Shown here in pieces: positions 37,439 to 51,384 of a DNA stretch of 64,000 nt. This stretch comes from Eledone cirrhosa. Lineage: Eukaryota. How positions within the stretch are numbered: position 1 is the stretch's first letter; each line of letters opens with the position of its first letter. A program made the translations under genes and the position numbers. The stretch lies in assembly GCA_964016885.1 (NCBI GenBank), contig OZ024740.1, positions 257,734,001-257,798,000 of the forward strand, given 5' to 3'. The notes beneath the pieces are model-generated. The model had not been told where the DNA came from. It did not search any database and worked only from the letters and a program-made list of their open reading frames with translations.

Positions 37439-38311
37439 TTAAGGTTAACTTTGTTACAATTCGATTCGAGTACTCAACGTACTTTTTCCACATAGGAGTG
37501 ACGGAGTATATTTAGAATAAGAAAATGTACATATTTTAATGACGACAGTGGTGACCCTCTTCGGTGCACCCAGTGCCGTGACATCATCAGACAGCTTCTT
37601 ACGTAATAAGGTTATGTTCCGGAGGTAATCCAAATTGAATCGACAAAGGAACAGACAAAGCAGGTGCTCTTGGGTCCTTCGTCCGCTCCCTTGTGAGTCC
37701 CAATGAACCGTTGAACAAAGTACTAGTCAAGTAATGGGATCAATAATTCTTTATTTTCTCCTTATTTCTTCCTCCCTATCCTCCTTCTCCTATTTTCTCT
37801 CACACTGCCACCCAGAAACACGCATTCACATTTACTTCTTTTACGAGCGCCATAGGTGATCATTCATTCTATTCCAAGACAAGTTGAAAACGATATTCTG
37901 AGGAGATCTAAATAGACTGAAACATATCCGAGGATTTCACATGAGACATGCCTTCCTGCATTGTCATTGTTACATCGAAATTTGAGCAACTGATATTGTC
38001 TGAGGTACCTCCCTTGCTGGGGCATTTCCAAACAGAGCCCAGGACTGGAGAGAGCAATAATAATCTCAGATTATGGAAATGTTTAGCTCACTAAATTTCA
38101 AATGTGGAATGTAACGCACACACACGCACACACACGCGCACGCGCACACGCATATTAACACAATCTAACATATGTGTACATGAAGACAGTCATACACAAT
38201 TATATATATATATATTTCTAATCTCCTTTCTCGCCGATGTTTATATTTTTCTTGGTGTAATACTTGCTTATATATAGATATATGTATATACATATGTATG
38301 CATGTATGTGA

Positions 38312-38358
<47 letters not shown>

Positions 38359-38517
38359 TGTGGTTATATATCTATATATATGAATATATATATATATGTG
38401 TATGTATATATATATATACATATATATATATATGCATGTATGCATACACACACACACCCATACACATATATATATATATGCATATATACACACACACACA
38501 CACACGCACACACACAC

Positions 38518-38565
<48 letters not shown>

Positions 38566-39242
38566 TATATGTATGTATATATATATATATATATATATGT
38601 GCGTGTGCGTGTGTGCGTGTGTGTGGATGCTTACTTACACATGGAAATACATACATACGTATATGATTCTAAGAATCATGCTATTCAAATTCGTAAAAAA
38701 ATATGTACAAAATATACAATACAAAAGGAAAATGATGTTAATGTAGATAAAAAAAACAACAACGCTAGATATGCCATATCATATCATTATTTACAGTAGC
38801 TTTCATGGAATTGTGTTACTTGAATAAAAACCAGACGACACATTCTGTTTAGAATGGATCTACCACAGCTGACACCGGCGATATGCGAAAATAAAATCGT
38901 TTGGTTATGTATTTTTATCGCATTTTTTACCGGGTTATTTAGTGCTGAGAATTGAAATGCCAGGAGTCTACCGCTCAAGCTCTCTATCAAGATAAGAAAG
39001 TGTAAAGTAGCATGTAGTCAGGGTTAGAAAGATTTGCTTCCGTCACATTAAGATAGGAAGCAAGAAGCAGATCGTCTGCTTGCTCAATGAATTCGCCGCC
39101 ATTACTCTCTTCCATCAATATCTGACACTCAGACATCTGACTGAATTTAGAGGTAAGTGCGTTGGTAGATGGGTAGGTAGATATGTATACAGGTATGAAG
39201 AAGATGTGGCAATACAACAGACGTGTTTCGCGACTGTATCTT

Positions 39243-39312
<70 letters not shown>

Positions 39313-39478
39313 ATATATATATATATATATATATATTTTAAAAGTTAAACAAGGTTCAATGAATAAATCAAAGAAATGAGTTTTACAATAGATTGGAAGC
39401 ACTCAACAGTTATGGTTTTCCAGAGTTATTAATATTAATTCAAAATATTAACAAAATAGATATTCTTGTGATCAAGTA

Positions 39479-39545
39479 TATTTTATTATACATATTTCAG
39501 AGGTACTGAGTTAACTTCAACGGTACGTCCTCATCAGATAAAATA
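39479..39545 (-). ncRNA. Type I hammerhead
   Basis: Reverse complement reads TATTTTAT-CTGATGA-GGACGTAC..GTACCTCT-GAAA-TATGTA-TA-ATAAAATA. Perfect 8-bp stem I. Confidence 0.75.
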
Positions 39546-39879
39546 ATATGATGCATTACATACCCTGACATAGCAGATGGTTAAGATTCAGTCATGGTAG
39601 TGAGTAATATATGACAAAACTCAATATTTATATACCTTAATATTGAGAACATGAGAAAAATATATAATACATACAATAGAGAGCGTGCGTGTGAGACAGC
39701 TTAAAAAATACTTAGCATCGTTATAACTGTTAAATAATTTAAATTATTGAAGAAAGACGAAAGAAAAGAAAAGCATAGAGGAAGAAAACAGATGAGGGGA
39801 TAATATAGTTAGTAGGGGCCTAGAAAAACAAAAGAGAGTTGATTACAGAGAGAGAGAGATAAAGAAGTATAACTTATGT

Positions 39880-42229
39880 TCAAGTAATGAGCCCAATGCC
39901 ACAACTCTTAAACAAAAGGACATGCCAAAGCTATGCAGGTATGATTATCACCAGGCAAATTGGGAAACTATTAACAACCAGTTACAAATCATTGACTGGG
40001 ATCTCTACCTTACTGGGCCAGATAAACACAAGAAATTCTTAAATAAGATCGAAGAAATATGTGCAAAAAATATTCCTCTTAAGACAACCAAATCCACAAA
40101 AAAACCTGTACCACGGGAGCGAAAGATCCTGATGCGCAAAAAGTCAAGACTAAGAAACAAAACATCTAAGCTGACATCAAAACATGAACTACAGAAAGTC
40201 CTTGACCAAATATACAGATTAGAAGACAATCTAAAACAACACTATGATGAAGAACGTAACAATGCAGAAAAGAGAGCCATAGAAAATATCAAGAAAAATC
40301 CAAAATGTTTCTACAGTTTTGCAAAGAAATACTCGAATACCAAGTCAACAATAGGACCTCTCCAGAGACAAAATGGGGATGTAGTGAATAACCCTATTGA
40401 AATGGCAGAAATGTTGGGTCAACAGTAGGAAAGTGTCTTCAGTGAGCCATCTAAAACCATGAAGATCCATGACCCAGGAGAATTCTTCAAGGATATCGAC
40501 CATACTAAACCTACCCTATCCGACATTGATTTCAACCCAGAAGACATAGAAAGAGCCATAGACAAGCTCTCCATGCACTCGGCTGCGGGGACTGATGGTT
40601 TCAATGCCATGATACTTAAAAACTGCAAGGTACAATTGTTGAAACCCCTTTACATGATATGGAAGGAATCTATGGAGAATGGCAAAATACCAAATGCATA
40701 TAAAGAAGCACACATAACTCCAATACATAAAGGGGACAGCAAATCAAAACCAAAGAACTACTGACCAATCTCACTGACATCACACATTATCAAGGTCTTC
40801 GAAAGAATAGTTCGTGGAAAACTGGTTGAGTTCCTGGAATCCAACAATCTGATGAATTGCAATCAGCATGGATTCAGGTTAGGTAGATCATGTCTTTCCC
40901 AACTACTGGCACACCATGACCAAATCCTAGAAAATCTAGAGAATGGATACAACACCGATGTTATTTACCTCGACTTTGCCAAGGCATTTGACAACGTAGA
41001 TCATGGCATCCTGGGACACAAACTTCGAAAGCTAGGAGTAGGAGGAAAAGTTGGTACATGGATACATGAGTTCCTTACAAATAGAACTCAAACAGTCACA
41101 CTGTGAATGGAACCCATTCAACACCATCACCTGTGACCAGCAGTGTTCCTCAGGGTACAGTACTCGGCCCGATCCTGTTTCTCATCCTCATCTCTGACAT
41201 AGATGAAGATACAACCAGCAACGTCTCATCCTTTGCTGATGACACCAGGGTCATGAGACAAATCAAAGACGAGGTGGATACAGAGGCCTTACAAAAGGAC
41301 CTAACCACCATATACAAATGGCAGGAAACAAACAACATGTTGTTCAATGATAAGAAGTTTGAACTAATTCGCTACGGAACAGATCAAGATCTGAAAAATA
41401 CAACAAACTACAGAAACCCATCAGGACAACAAATAATGGAAAAACAGTGTGTGTAAGATTTAGGCATCCACATGGGAACCAGCCTAAAATTCAGAGAACA
41501 CCTTGACTCAGTCTGTCTTACTGCAAGAAATTACAGCGGGTGGATCTTGCGCACCTTCAAATCAAGAGATACCTCAACAATGAAAACCCTCTGGAACAGT
41601 ATGATACTTCCGAGGATTGACTACTGTTCTCAGTTGTGGTCACCAACAACAAAGGGCCAACTATCTAAGATGGAATCTCTCCAAAGAAATTTTACCTCAT
41701 ACTTCTCAGAAACGAGGGACCTGGACTATTGGCAAAGACTCAAAACCTTGAAGATGTACTCAATAGAAAGAAGATTTGAACGTTACCGAATTATATACAT
41801 TTGGAAAATGATAGAGCAAAAGGTGCCAAACTTTGGTATCAAAAACTACCACTCACTGCGCCACGGAAGACGCTGCCAGCTACCACCAATCAACAAAAAT
41901 GCTGGCCAGGCAGCAAAAACCATGCGAGAGTCAAGTCTGTTGGTTCGAGGGGCACAACTATTCAACTCCATTCCGGTACATGTCAGAAATCTATCAGGAT
42001 GCAGTGTGGAATCATTCAAATTACAGCTGGATAGATACTTAAGCACCATTAGAGATGAACCCCATCTCCCAGGATATACACAACGAGCACAAACTAACTC
42101 AAACTCGCTCCTACACATGTCAAAATTAAACAGAGAATCCAACCTGGCAACCACACCAAACTCTGAGGGTGGAGTCTTCGACTTGGCCTGAGCATGGACT
42201 CAAACTCAAATGAAATGAAATGAAATGAA
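39880..42229 (+). mobile_element. CR1-group LINE, 5'-truncated ORF2 (RT) with few lesions and a (TGAAA)n tail
   Basis: PISLTS, NQHGFR..RSCLSQLL, YLDFAKAFD, VPQGTVLGP, FADDT and MYSIERRFERY. Stops at 40426, 40762 and 41454, frameshift near 41103. Confidence 0.93.
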
Positions 42230-42396
42230 GTCTTTAGACAATTATCCATATATACAATATATAACTAAACTTATTTGGTTGTCCGTTAATATTCAAAATA
42301 TTTAATTTAAGTTAGTTCAGAGTAATGAATAATATTTTAGGTTTTAAAAGTTAATAGGTATCTGTATTAATATTAAAGTATACTATCAAATTTAAA

Positions 42397-42595
42397 CGCC
42401 ATCTTGTTTTTGTGTGTGTTGTGTGCTTAGTTTGCGCATGGGTTACATCCGGGTGTCTGTGTGTGTTTATATTTGTTTATTTATTTGTTTATTTACATGT
42501 TACTGGTTGGTTGTTTGTTCTATGTGTGTGTGTGTTTTCATTGTGTCCTTAATTGTAAGTTGTGATGTTGCTGTTCCATTCATGTTTTCTATTAT
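42397..42595 (-). mobile_element. Fragment of the 16970-19413 PLE 3' region
   Basis: Matches 17208-17403. Confidence 0.85.
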
Positions 42596-42933
42596 ATATT
42601 AAAATAATATATAATATAGTATATATATTAAAATAAAGTTTAAGCAAATAATCGCTGCTTTCAACCTTAACGGTATCTTCTAAAATTAAAAAAAATCAAT
42701 CTTTGAACGCAACAGTAAATATTTGGGAAAACGTTGCAACCGAAGGAAGACAGGAAGACGATACTTTGGCTCGTGGAAACGTTCCCTGGCAATGAACGAA
42801 AAAAAAAGAAGATAATACGTCATTATTTGCGTCATTACACGTCATTACACGCAAAAACAAAACCATGTTTATGGTATAAATGAAGTCGTAGATATATGTA
42901 TATATATACGTATATATATATATATATATATAC

Positions 42934-43018
<85 letters not shown>

Positions 43019-43050
43019 TATATATTTATATGTGTACATGTTTACGTGTA

Positions 43051-43105
<55 letters not shown>

Positions 43106-44029
43106 GTATGTGTGTTGGCGTACATTGATTTTGACGTTTTGACGTACAGTAGAGAAGTTACTGAATAACATTGTAAACTATAGGAGTATATTAAATATTT
43201 AGATTCACACACACACGTACTTATATATATATATACATTATTTTTTATATGCTTAGGTAACATTTGTAAATATGTGTTTATAGAATTAAGGATTCGTGGT
43301 GTTTTACTAAATTATTTATAAATTTATAGAATATGCATTATTGACTAATATTTCACAACAAAGCAACATGACTCACGGAGATACTAAGGACGCGACTGAC
43401 GATGACTGGTATTTCTTTACCTATACATGACACCAATATTTCTTGTTGCTGTTGTTTTTGTCATTTTCCTCCTTTGTTTCATTGTGTTCTTTGTTGCTGC
43501 TGTATAAATAGTAAATGAGATTGTTTCTGGCATTCTTGAATGTTGACGTTGTTCTCTTCTTCATCATGAATATCCACAAGATAACAACTCGGCTCAATTT
43601 ATTTGGACCAAGTGTTTGATTGAAATTCAGTATACGGAAACTGCGTGGAAGCCCGTTGAATGAAGTGAAACTGTAATTCCAAAAGCCAGCCATGTTACAC
43701 ATCTTGTTTCATTGAAACTACCAGAGCATTATAATAATTCTTCTTGTTTTTTGCTGAATAAGGGATAAGGTCAACAATTTTTGGAAGTCGATTTAATCAG
43801 CCCTAGTGTGTTACTGCTACTTTATTTCATTGACCACGTAAGGAAGTAAGGGAAAGTTAACATCTGCAGCATTTGAAATCAGAACATAAAGGGTCGTAAT
43901 TATATTCCATAAAGAATGTTATCTGACACTCTTCCGTCTATTTCATTATAATGTATCTCTAAGTGAAAGGTGTCTGAACAACGGCTACGTTAAAAGAATA
44001 GTTGTGGGATACTCATCCACTTACAATAT

Positions 44030-44432
44030 AATGGTTTCTTACATGGGCAAAAGGCCAGCAGTTTTGGGGGAGGGCAAAGTTGATTAAATCAACCTCAGTG
44101 CGTGGCTGGTACTTTATTTTATTGACCCCATAAGGATGAAAGGCAATGTTAACTTCGGCGGGATTTGAACTCAGACCGTAAAGGGACGTAACTATGCTTG
44201 AAAGCATGGCGTCCGACTCTCCACCGATACTGCCAATTATAATATATTTGTTTCTACTTTTAGCACAAGGCCAGCAAATACCCAGTGCATTACTGGTACT
44301 TTATTTTATCGACCCCATAAGGATGAAAGGAAAAGTTAACCTCGACGGGATTTGAACTGAGAATGGTAAGGACCGTAAGTCTATGCGTCAAAGCATGGCG
44401 TCCGACCCTCTACCGATACTACCAATCCACCG
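44030..44432 (-). mobile_element. Two tandem SINE copies (44030-44237 and 44248-44432), with a further degenerate copy at about 43795-43895
   Basis: GGATGAAAGG...GGGATTTGAACT...GCATGGCGTCCGAC occurs twice. Confidence 0.85.
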
Positions 44433-45459
44433 AATATAATACAAGATGATTTGAACCTGTAATTCATATAGGTTAGCCTTTTCACAAGCTGTGTTACACG
44501 AGTCCAAACCGATGGTTACGTTAAGATTACACGTTTAGTAATTTCTAATCCACTTTCATCCTAATAAAAGTGATATCTCATTGATTGAACGAGTGAAATA
44601 TTGTCATATCCAACACCAGGACGTGTCGAGTGTTGATTTTAAAAGTTTGTTTAGGCATTGTCGTAGAAATATTGGGTAGGCACTGCCGTAACAATCTTGG
44701 GTAGATACCGTTGTAAAAATCATATGTAGACACAGTTCAACTGGTTTTGGAGGACTTTTGTTATTGCCCATGTTTCGGCAAAATATATCAGCACACACTA
44801 TCTTGTTGCTCAGAGAAATCTCAACTGCAAGACTCGATTTAGATTTGATTTCAATAATGTTGCCATTTCACTAGATATCGACGAAGCTTCATCAAGAGAA
44901 GCATTAATAAACGAAAATCAATTAAATCACAAATAAATAGATCAGCAGTTTGGTTTAGATGTTTATAACTCGTTGGACTGTGTACGTAGAGTAGTATGTG
45001 TGTATATGTATAACGTTCAAACGCGTATCCTCCACCTCCAGCTAACTTAACCCCCGCTCTAGGTCATGGCCGACAGGATAGAAAATACAAAGCTTCGGTA
45101 GACGGTGATGGAGACCCGCTTGAACAGCAACTGAATATACTGCCTAGCTGTCAACACACTTGAAATATTTAATCCCTTTAAGCTTGTGTCCTTTTAAATA
45201 AAATTGCCCACTGGGGCTGATTAAAAGGGATAAACTAGATTTTTGTTTCGTTTTAGACATAGGCCAATTTGTGCAACAACAATTTCTATCCTTTTTAACA
45301 ATAGTTGGTATTTTTAGGTAGATCCGAAACAACATTATATTATCCACAAAATCTGTATCTTTTATTGATTTCGTTGGGTGTCTTGAATAAAGTATATTGG
45401 TCAACTGTGGAAATATTTCGAGAATAACAAATATATATATGGATATATGCATACACATA

Positions 45460-45634
<175 letters not shown>

Positions 45635-45673
45635 GATATTAACAAATGGAAACTATATTTATAAAACCATATC

Positions 45674-45738
45674 TATTTTATTATACATATTTCAAGGATA
45701 CCATGTTAAATTATGGTATGCTTTCATCAGACAAAATA
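45674..45738 (-). ncRNA. Type I hammerhead, inverted arm
   Basis: Reverse complement of 48916-48980. Confidence 0.75.
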
Positions 45739-46182
45739 CAATATATACCAGTTTTATAAATAAATATTGGCATACCCTTTCAAAATGCGACCGTTACTTT
45801 TTGAAGACATCAGGGTAGTGGATTTGTTTATCTTAGTAAGTCGTTGTGTTACAGAGAAGGAAAAAGACGGAAAGAGAGAAAAAAGACGGAGAGAAAAAAA
45901 CCGAGAGAGAGAAAAGTGGAGAAAGAAAGAGAGAGATAAAGAAAGAAAAAGAGAAAAAAGAAAGAAGAAAAAAGAAAAAATAAAAAAGAAAAAAGAAAAA
46001 AGAAAAAAGAAAAAAGAAAAAAGAAAAAAGAAACAAGAAACAAGAAACAAGAAAAAAAGAAAAAAGAAAAAAGAAAAAAGAAAAAAGAAAAAAGAAAGAA
46101 GAAAAAAGAAAAAAGAAAAAAGAAAAAAGAAAATAGAAAAAAGAAAAAAGAAAAAAAGAAAAAAAGAAAAAAGAAAAAAAAC

Positions 46183-47275
46183 CGGTTTATATCGTGACGA
46201 CATGCTTTTACTTATAGAAAATAATAGCTGTGAACTAAATAGAAAAAGAAAACAAACTATACAATTTTTTAATTACCTTAATCTAAAAGTAGAAATAGAG
46301 AATAACCATAAAATAGTCAATTTTCTAGAGGTAACACTAAATCTTAACACCTGTCTTCATTATCCATTTCACAAACTGAATGAGAACTTAAATTATGTCA
46401 ATTTTAACTCTAATCAACCCAGATCCGTTAAAAATACTATAGTGAACTCTGTACAAGAACGAATTTCGAGAATTTCATCTAATAAGAATATATTCGTTGA
46501 AAAAGCGCATTATTACAACGAAGCGTTACGTAGAGCTGGATATAGAAATAAAATTAAATACATCGATAATAATAATACTATAAAAACTAACCAAAATAAT
46601 AACAATCTTAACTATGGTAACAATTTTAACAACTATAATAGAAAACATTACAATAATTCCGAAAGCCGAAAAAAAAATAGAACTAGGAATATAGTATGGT
46701 TCGCTCCTCCTTTCTCACTAAATATTAAAACCCCTATTGCTAAACTATTCTTTAAAGCTCTCGACAAACGCTTCCCTAGAACACATAGATATTACTCAAT
46801 TTTTAATAGACATACTATAAAATTATCTTACTCTTCCACCAAAAATTTAGCGCAAAATATTAATAGAATTAATAATAGAAATTTAAAACCTAACCAAAAT
46901 ACCAATAATAACCCAAGCAATAGTCAATCGAATAATTGTAACTGTAGAAATAAATCCAACTGTCCGTTAAATAACAATTGCTTAGCTAAAAATGTAGTTT
47001 ATAATTGTAATGTAAAAACTAATTTAAATTCATTTAATTATGTCGGTTCTACCTCCACAGAGTTTAAATCCCGCTTCAATAATCATAAAAATTCTTTTAC
47101 AGATCCAAACAAAAAATCTTCAACTTCGTTAACTAGCCTATTATGGGACCTAAAACGAGATAATGTTGAATATTCGCTGATTTGGAATATTATTTCGAAA
47201 GCTACTCCTTTTAATTCCTCTTCTGAAAATTGCGATCTTTGTATAGAGGAAATATTCCCTAAATTTAAGGAATAA
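46183..47275 (+). CDS. PLE RT C-terminus, linker and GIY-YIG endonuclease (about 360 aa open; no start, C-terminus damaged)
   Basis: GLYRDD, VNFLEVTLNL, YVNFNSN.P, RNIVWFAPPFS, IFNRHTIKLSYS, CNC..CPL...C, VVY..YVG, FKSRFNNH and CDLCIEE. Confidence 0.88.
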
Positions 47276-48915
47276 TGTATTCAGTTGCTGCAGACATAGA
47301 TTGAACTCAACGTTTAAATATAAATATAAATTTAAAATGTAGTATAATTAATTAAGTAATTTGGTTAATATATGAAACCTGTCGATAAATCATTAGATTC
47401 CTTCACCTTTTTCATTTTTTTTGGTTAAGTACTCAAGTATAAATAAATTTTCTTCCTAAATATAAATATAAATATAATAAACTATTCTAGAGAAATATAT
47501 TGAGAGCTCTTGAAAGGAGAAAATATTTCCTATTTCTTATATTTTTTCATATTTTTCATATTTTTTATTTTTTATATTTTTTTTTTAATATTTTATTTAT
47601 TTTTTATTAGGTTTGTTTTTATTCTAATAGCTTCTAATAATTTTCGAAAGTTTATCCTTTCAATATCTTGAGTAAAATATACGTAAGATAAATTTCTATA
47701 CTAAATCTATTAAACATATTATTTTAACTTAAAATATTCTATAATATTTTAAAATATTTTAATATTTTAATATTTTAGATTTCTTTTGTTTTTAAGTTAT
47801 ATTGATATAATTATATTTCCAAAATATAATCCTTTTGTATTTTATGTACTCAATTATACTATGTAATATATTCATGTATACTTATCTCTATACGAGTATG
47901 TATGTATATGTGTGTATTAACATACATATACATGTGTTATATGCATTTTTATGAATATATGTCTGTCTGTATATATGCATGGGTGACGCGTGTCTACCAA
48001 TTGGGTGAGGATGCACACACATGTTTATATATGTATATGTAAGAATTGTGTGTGTACATGTACATGTATACCCATACAATTTGATTGCAGATAGGCATAA
48101 TTTAACAGCCATAAATGCATGAAAGCTAATCCTATGTATTTTTATATATATATATTAAACATTTTTATTTAATAACACAAGGGATGTATAACATTAATAA
48201 AAAAAATAAAAAAAATCATTTATGCTTTGTATGTATGTATATATTATATACGGGAGTAGACATAATGTGTATCTTCTGAGTGTGTATATATATATATTTA
48301 TGTGTATTGTTGCGTGTGTGTACGTGTTACATGATAGGTAATTTTCTCTAGCAATATATACATTTTTAATGTTTAAATTCCAATTTTTAATATATTGATC
48401 TCAATTTTTAAACTAAATCATAGTTAAACAATGATTAATTTCTCATATTATAAATGTATATTCCATTCATGAATATTAATATTTCTAATTTTATTTATTC
48501 ATTTCATCTCAATTGTTAACTTAACTTAATATGACATGACTTAATGTTTTCGATCTCTCCTCCCCGCTATCTCTATATTTCTCTCTCTTGATTTTTTTCT
48601 CTCTGTCTGGTGTTTTGATATCTCTCTCTTGTTTTTTTCTCTTTTTTCCTTTTTTCTTTTTTCTTTTTTCTTTTTCTCTTCTTCTTTCTTTATCTCTCCC
48701 TTTCTTTCTCCACTTTTCTCTCTCTCGGTTTTTTCTCTCTCTCCGTCTTTTTTCTCTCTCTCCGTCTTTTTTCTCTCTCTCTCCGTCTTTTTCCTTCTCC
48801 GTAACATAACGACTTACTAAGATAAACAACTCCACTATCCCTGATGTCTTCCAAAAGTAACGGTCGCATTTTGAAAGGGTATGTCAATATTTATTTATAA
48901 AACTGGTATATATTG

Positions 48916-48980
48916 TATTTTGTCTGATGAAAGCATACCGTAATTTAACATGGTATCCTTGAAATATGTATAATAAAATA
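48916..48980 (+). ncRNA. Type I hammerhead at the PLE 3' terminus
   Basis: TATTTTGT-CTGATGA-AAG C ATACC..GGTAT C CTT-GAAA-TATGTA-TA-ATAAAATA. Confidence 0.75.
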
Positions 48981-49124
48981 GATATGGTTTTATAAATATA
49001 GTTTCCATTTGTTAATATCGTATATTTACTCCAAAAACTTATCGAGTGCTTCATATCAGTTATAAAAATATTTGCTTGTTGTATCCCAACAATTTAAATA
49101 GAACTTTTATATATATATGTTCGT

Positions 49125-49188
<64 letters not shown>

Positions 49189-49454
49189 CTCTCTGCATAT
49201 ATATATAATATACACACACAACTACCAATACTACTTCTACTACTACTACTATGGCTACCTCTCTCTTTATATATATATAAGTTTCCATTTTAGACCCAGT
49301 CTTTGCAGCAAGAAAGATAAACAGACCTTTTCAACTTAAAATTATAAATTTAAAATGTTTAATTCTTCTTAATTCTTTTTAATTGTAATACTCAATATTT
49401 GATAATATGTTTTAAAATGATAAATTGAAACCGTTATATTTTTTATATATTATA

Positions 49455-49804
49455 TCTATATATATATATATAAAACTGAGCTTGTCTGTCTGTCTGTCTC
49501 TCTGTCTGTCTACTAAAACGGTCGGCACACATCTCCTCCTAAACCGTACGTTCAAATGTCGGTGAAATTGCTACACTTATAGATGAAGATCCGGGGGCGA
49601 CATCGGTCAAAAACATTTTCAAATCGACCCACGCCAAGTGCAAAAATCGAATTTTTAATGTATTGATTTTTTAGTTCAAATGTATAAATAGAGATGAGAG
49701 ACGAGTTATTTCCCTCTTATGGCGTCATTATGTCTAATCTATTTACGTTACGAACAAACTACGCGTGAAAAAGTACAAAATTACGCGAACAGTTTTCGGG
49801 CTAG
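49455..49804 (+). mobile_element. Non-autonomous Helitron
   Basis: 5' TCTATATATA..TAAAA, internal (GTCT)n, and a 3' hairpin CGAA CAGTT TTCG followed by GGCTAG. Confidence 0.7.
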
Positions 49805-49892
49805 CAAAATGTTAACCTGCGAAATTCATAAGTTAGAAGTTTCAACATTAAGCTTCCATTTTGCTTCATTTCCATTAAAAAGTCTTTTAAAA

Positions 49893-49970
49893 CAATATTT
49901 CAGCGGATCAGGCTCGCCATCACCCGAGGCAACGCTGCCAGTGTGCTGGCTTGCCTCAAAAATCATTAGA
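49893..49970 (+). pseudogene. CRE-clade non-LTR retrotransposon C-terminal scrap
   Basis: Translates IFQRIRLAITRGNAASVLACL, the QRxSxAxxRGNA motif. Confidence 0.65.
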
Positions 49971-50471
49971 GAGGTTGCCCAGTACTCGCGACGTTGCTGT
50001 CTTTTGCTCTGGTGTTGGCTCCGATGTTCACCTCTTCCTTTATATTTTCTTTAATATTGTAGCATTGAAGGAATATATCTTTCATTCTATCATCCTTTGT
50101 AGTGTTACCGAGGCATTTGTAATGTTATTTATGTATATATTTAAAACATATTTGTTATGTTATTCTACTGTAAATTTATTTATATGCTCTGTTTATATTT
50201 TCATTCTGAAGGAATTGCAAACGATTTATAATGTTGTTTGTGCAACTATGAATAAGATATTTTTACTTGAAAACAAGACTACTTGAATACACTACTACCC
50301 TAAATAATCTATGAAACTACATACATGTTACAACTCTCTCTCTATATATATCACACACACACATATACATATACATGTAAAGAGAGAAAGGGAGATGTAG
50401 AGAGAGAGAGAGTGAGATAGGTCGTTATACAGAGAGAGGTACAAGATAATCAGACAGAGAGACATAGAGAC

Positions 50472-50537
<66 letters not shown>

Positions 50538-50596
50538 GCGACGAACGCTGGTTCACATACACACACACAAACAAATATATATATATAAAGACAGAC

Positions 50597-50672
<76 letters not shown>

Positions 50673-51147
50673 CTGCGCGTTCTTTATTGATCTCCATTCT
50701 ATAGAGAGAGGGGGGTATGAGTGAGAGAGAGAGAGTGAAAGAGAGAGAGAGGTATGAGAAAAAAGGGAGAGGGGTTGAGAAAGAAAGAATGTTTAAGCAA
50801 AGAATCGCTGTTTTCAGCATTAACGGGATCTTCTGAAACTAAAAAATTCAATCTGTGAACGCAGAATTAAATATTTCGAGAAACGTTGCAACCGAACGAA
50901 AACAGGAAGGCGATATTTTGGTTCGTGAAGACGTTCCCTGGTAATGAACGAAAAAAAAAGCCATGATTATACGTCGTTATGTGGACCGAGAAGAACAATT
51001 TCATGCAAAGACAAGACAACGTTTATGGTACAAATGGAGTCGTTAGACTAATATTCTATTTAAAATAACCGAATGATTTCCAGCCCCGGAGTTTAAGAAT
51101 GATGTAAATAAAATTGTAAACGAAAATTACAGAGGTTATTAAAATAG

Positions 51148-51263
51148 TTGTTTCTTCTTTTGGCACAAGGCCAGTAATTATCCAGTACATTACTAGTACT
51201 TTATTTTATCGACCCCGTAAGGATGAAAGGCAAAGTTAACTTCGACGGGATTTTAACTTTGCC
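51148..51263 (-). mobile_element. 5'-truncated SINE with a fold-back end and 9-bp target-site duplication TTAAAATAG
   Basis: TSD at 51139-51147 and 51264-51272. The empty site is visible in the paralog at about 57276. Confidence 0.85.
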
Positions 51264-51384
51264 TTAAAATAGTAAAAGTAAATAGTGAAGATTTAGGCCA
51301 GTACATACGTATGCGCCGACTAACATACACATACATATACATACGCACACACAAATACATACACACACACGCGCGCGCGCTCGC

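Noticed and set aside
37455-37562. Short LTR plus primer-binding site (TGTTAC...GACA-G-TGGTGACCC)
   Set aside because: No second LTR and no gag or pol downstream. The motif alone is insufficient.
43421-44900. Coding-looking unique stretches on the minus strand (43421-43702 and 44604-44798)
   Set aside because: No recognisable domain, and the alternative frames contain stops. I cannot support a gene call without a homology search.
45767-47275. 502-aa ORF with a Lys/Arg-rich N-terminus as a novel fusion protein
   Set aside because: The N-terminal part is the antisense copy of the element's own 3' end plus an A-rich low-complexity tract. Only 46183 onward is real PLE coding sequence.
47365-47420. 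SECIS element downstream of the PLE ORF
   Set aside because: ATGA..AAA is present but there is no complementary stem or GA quartet, and that ORF has no in-frame TGA.
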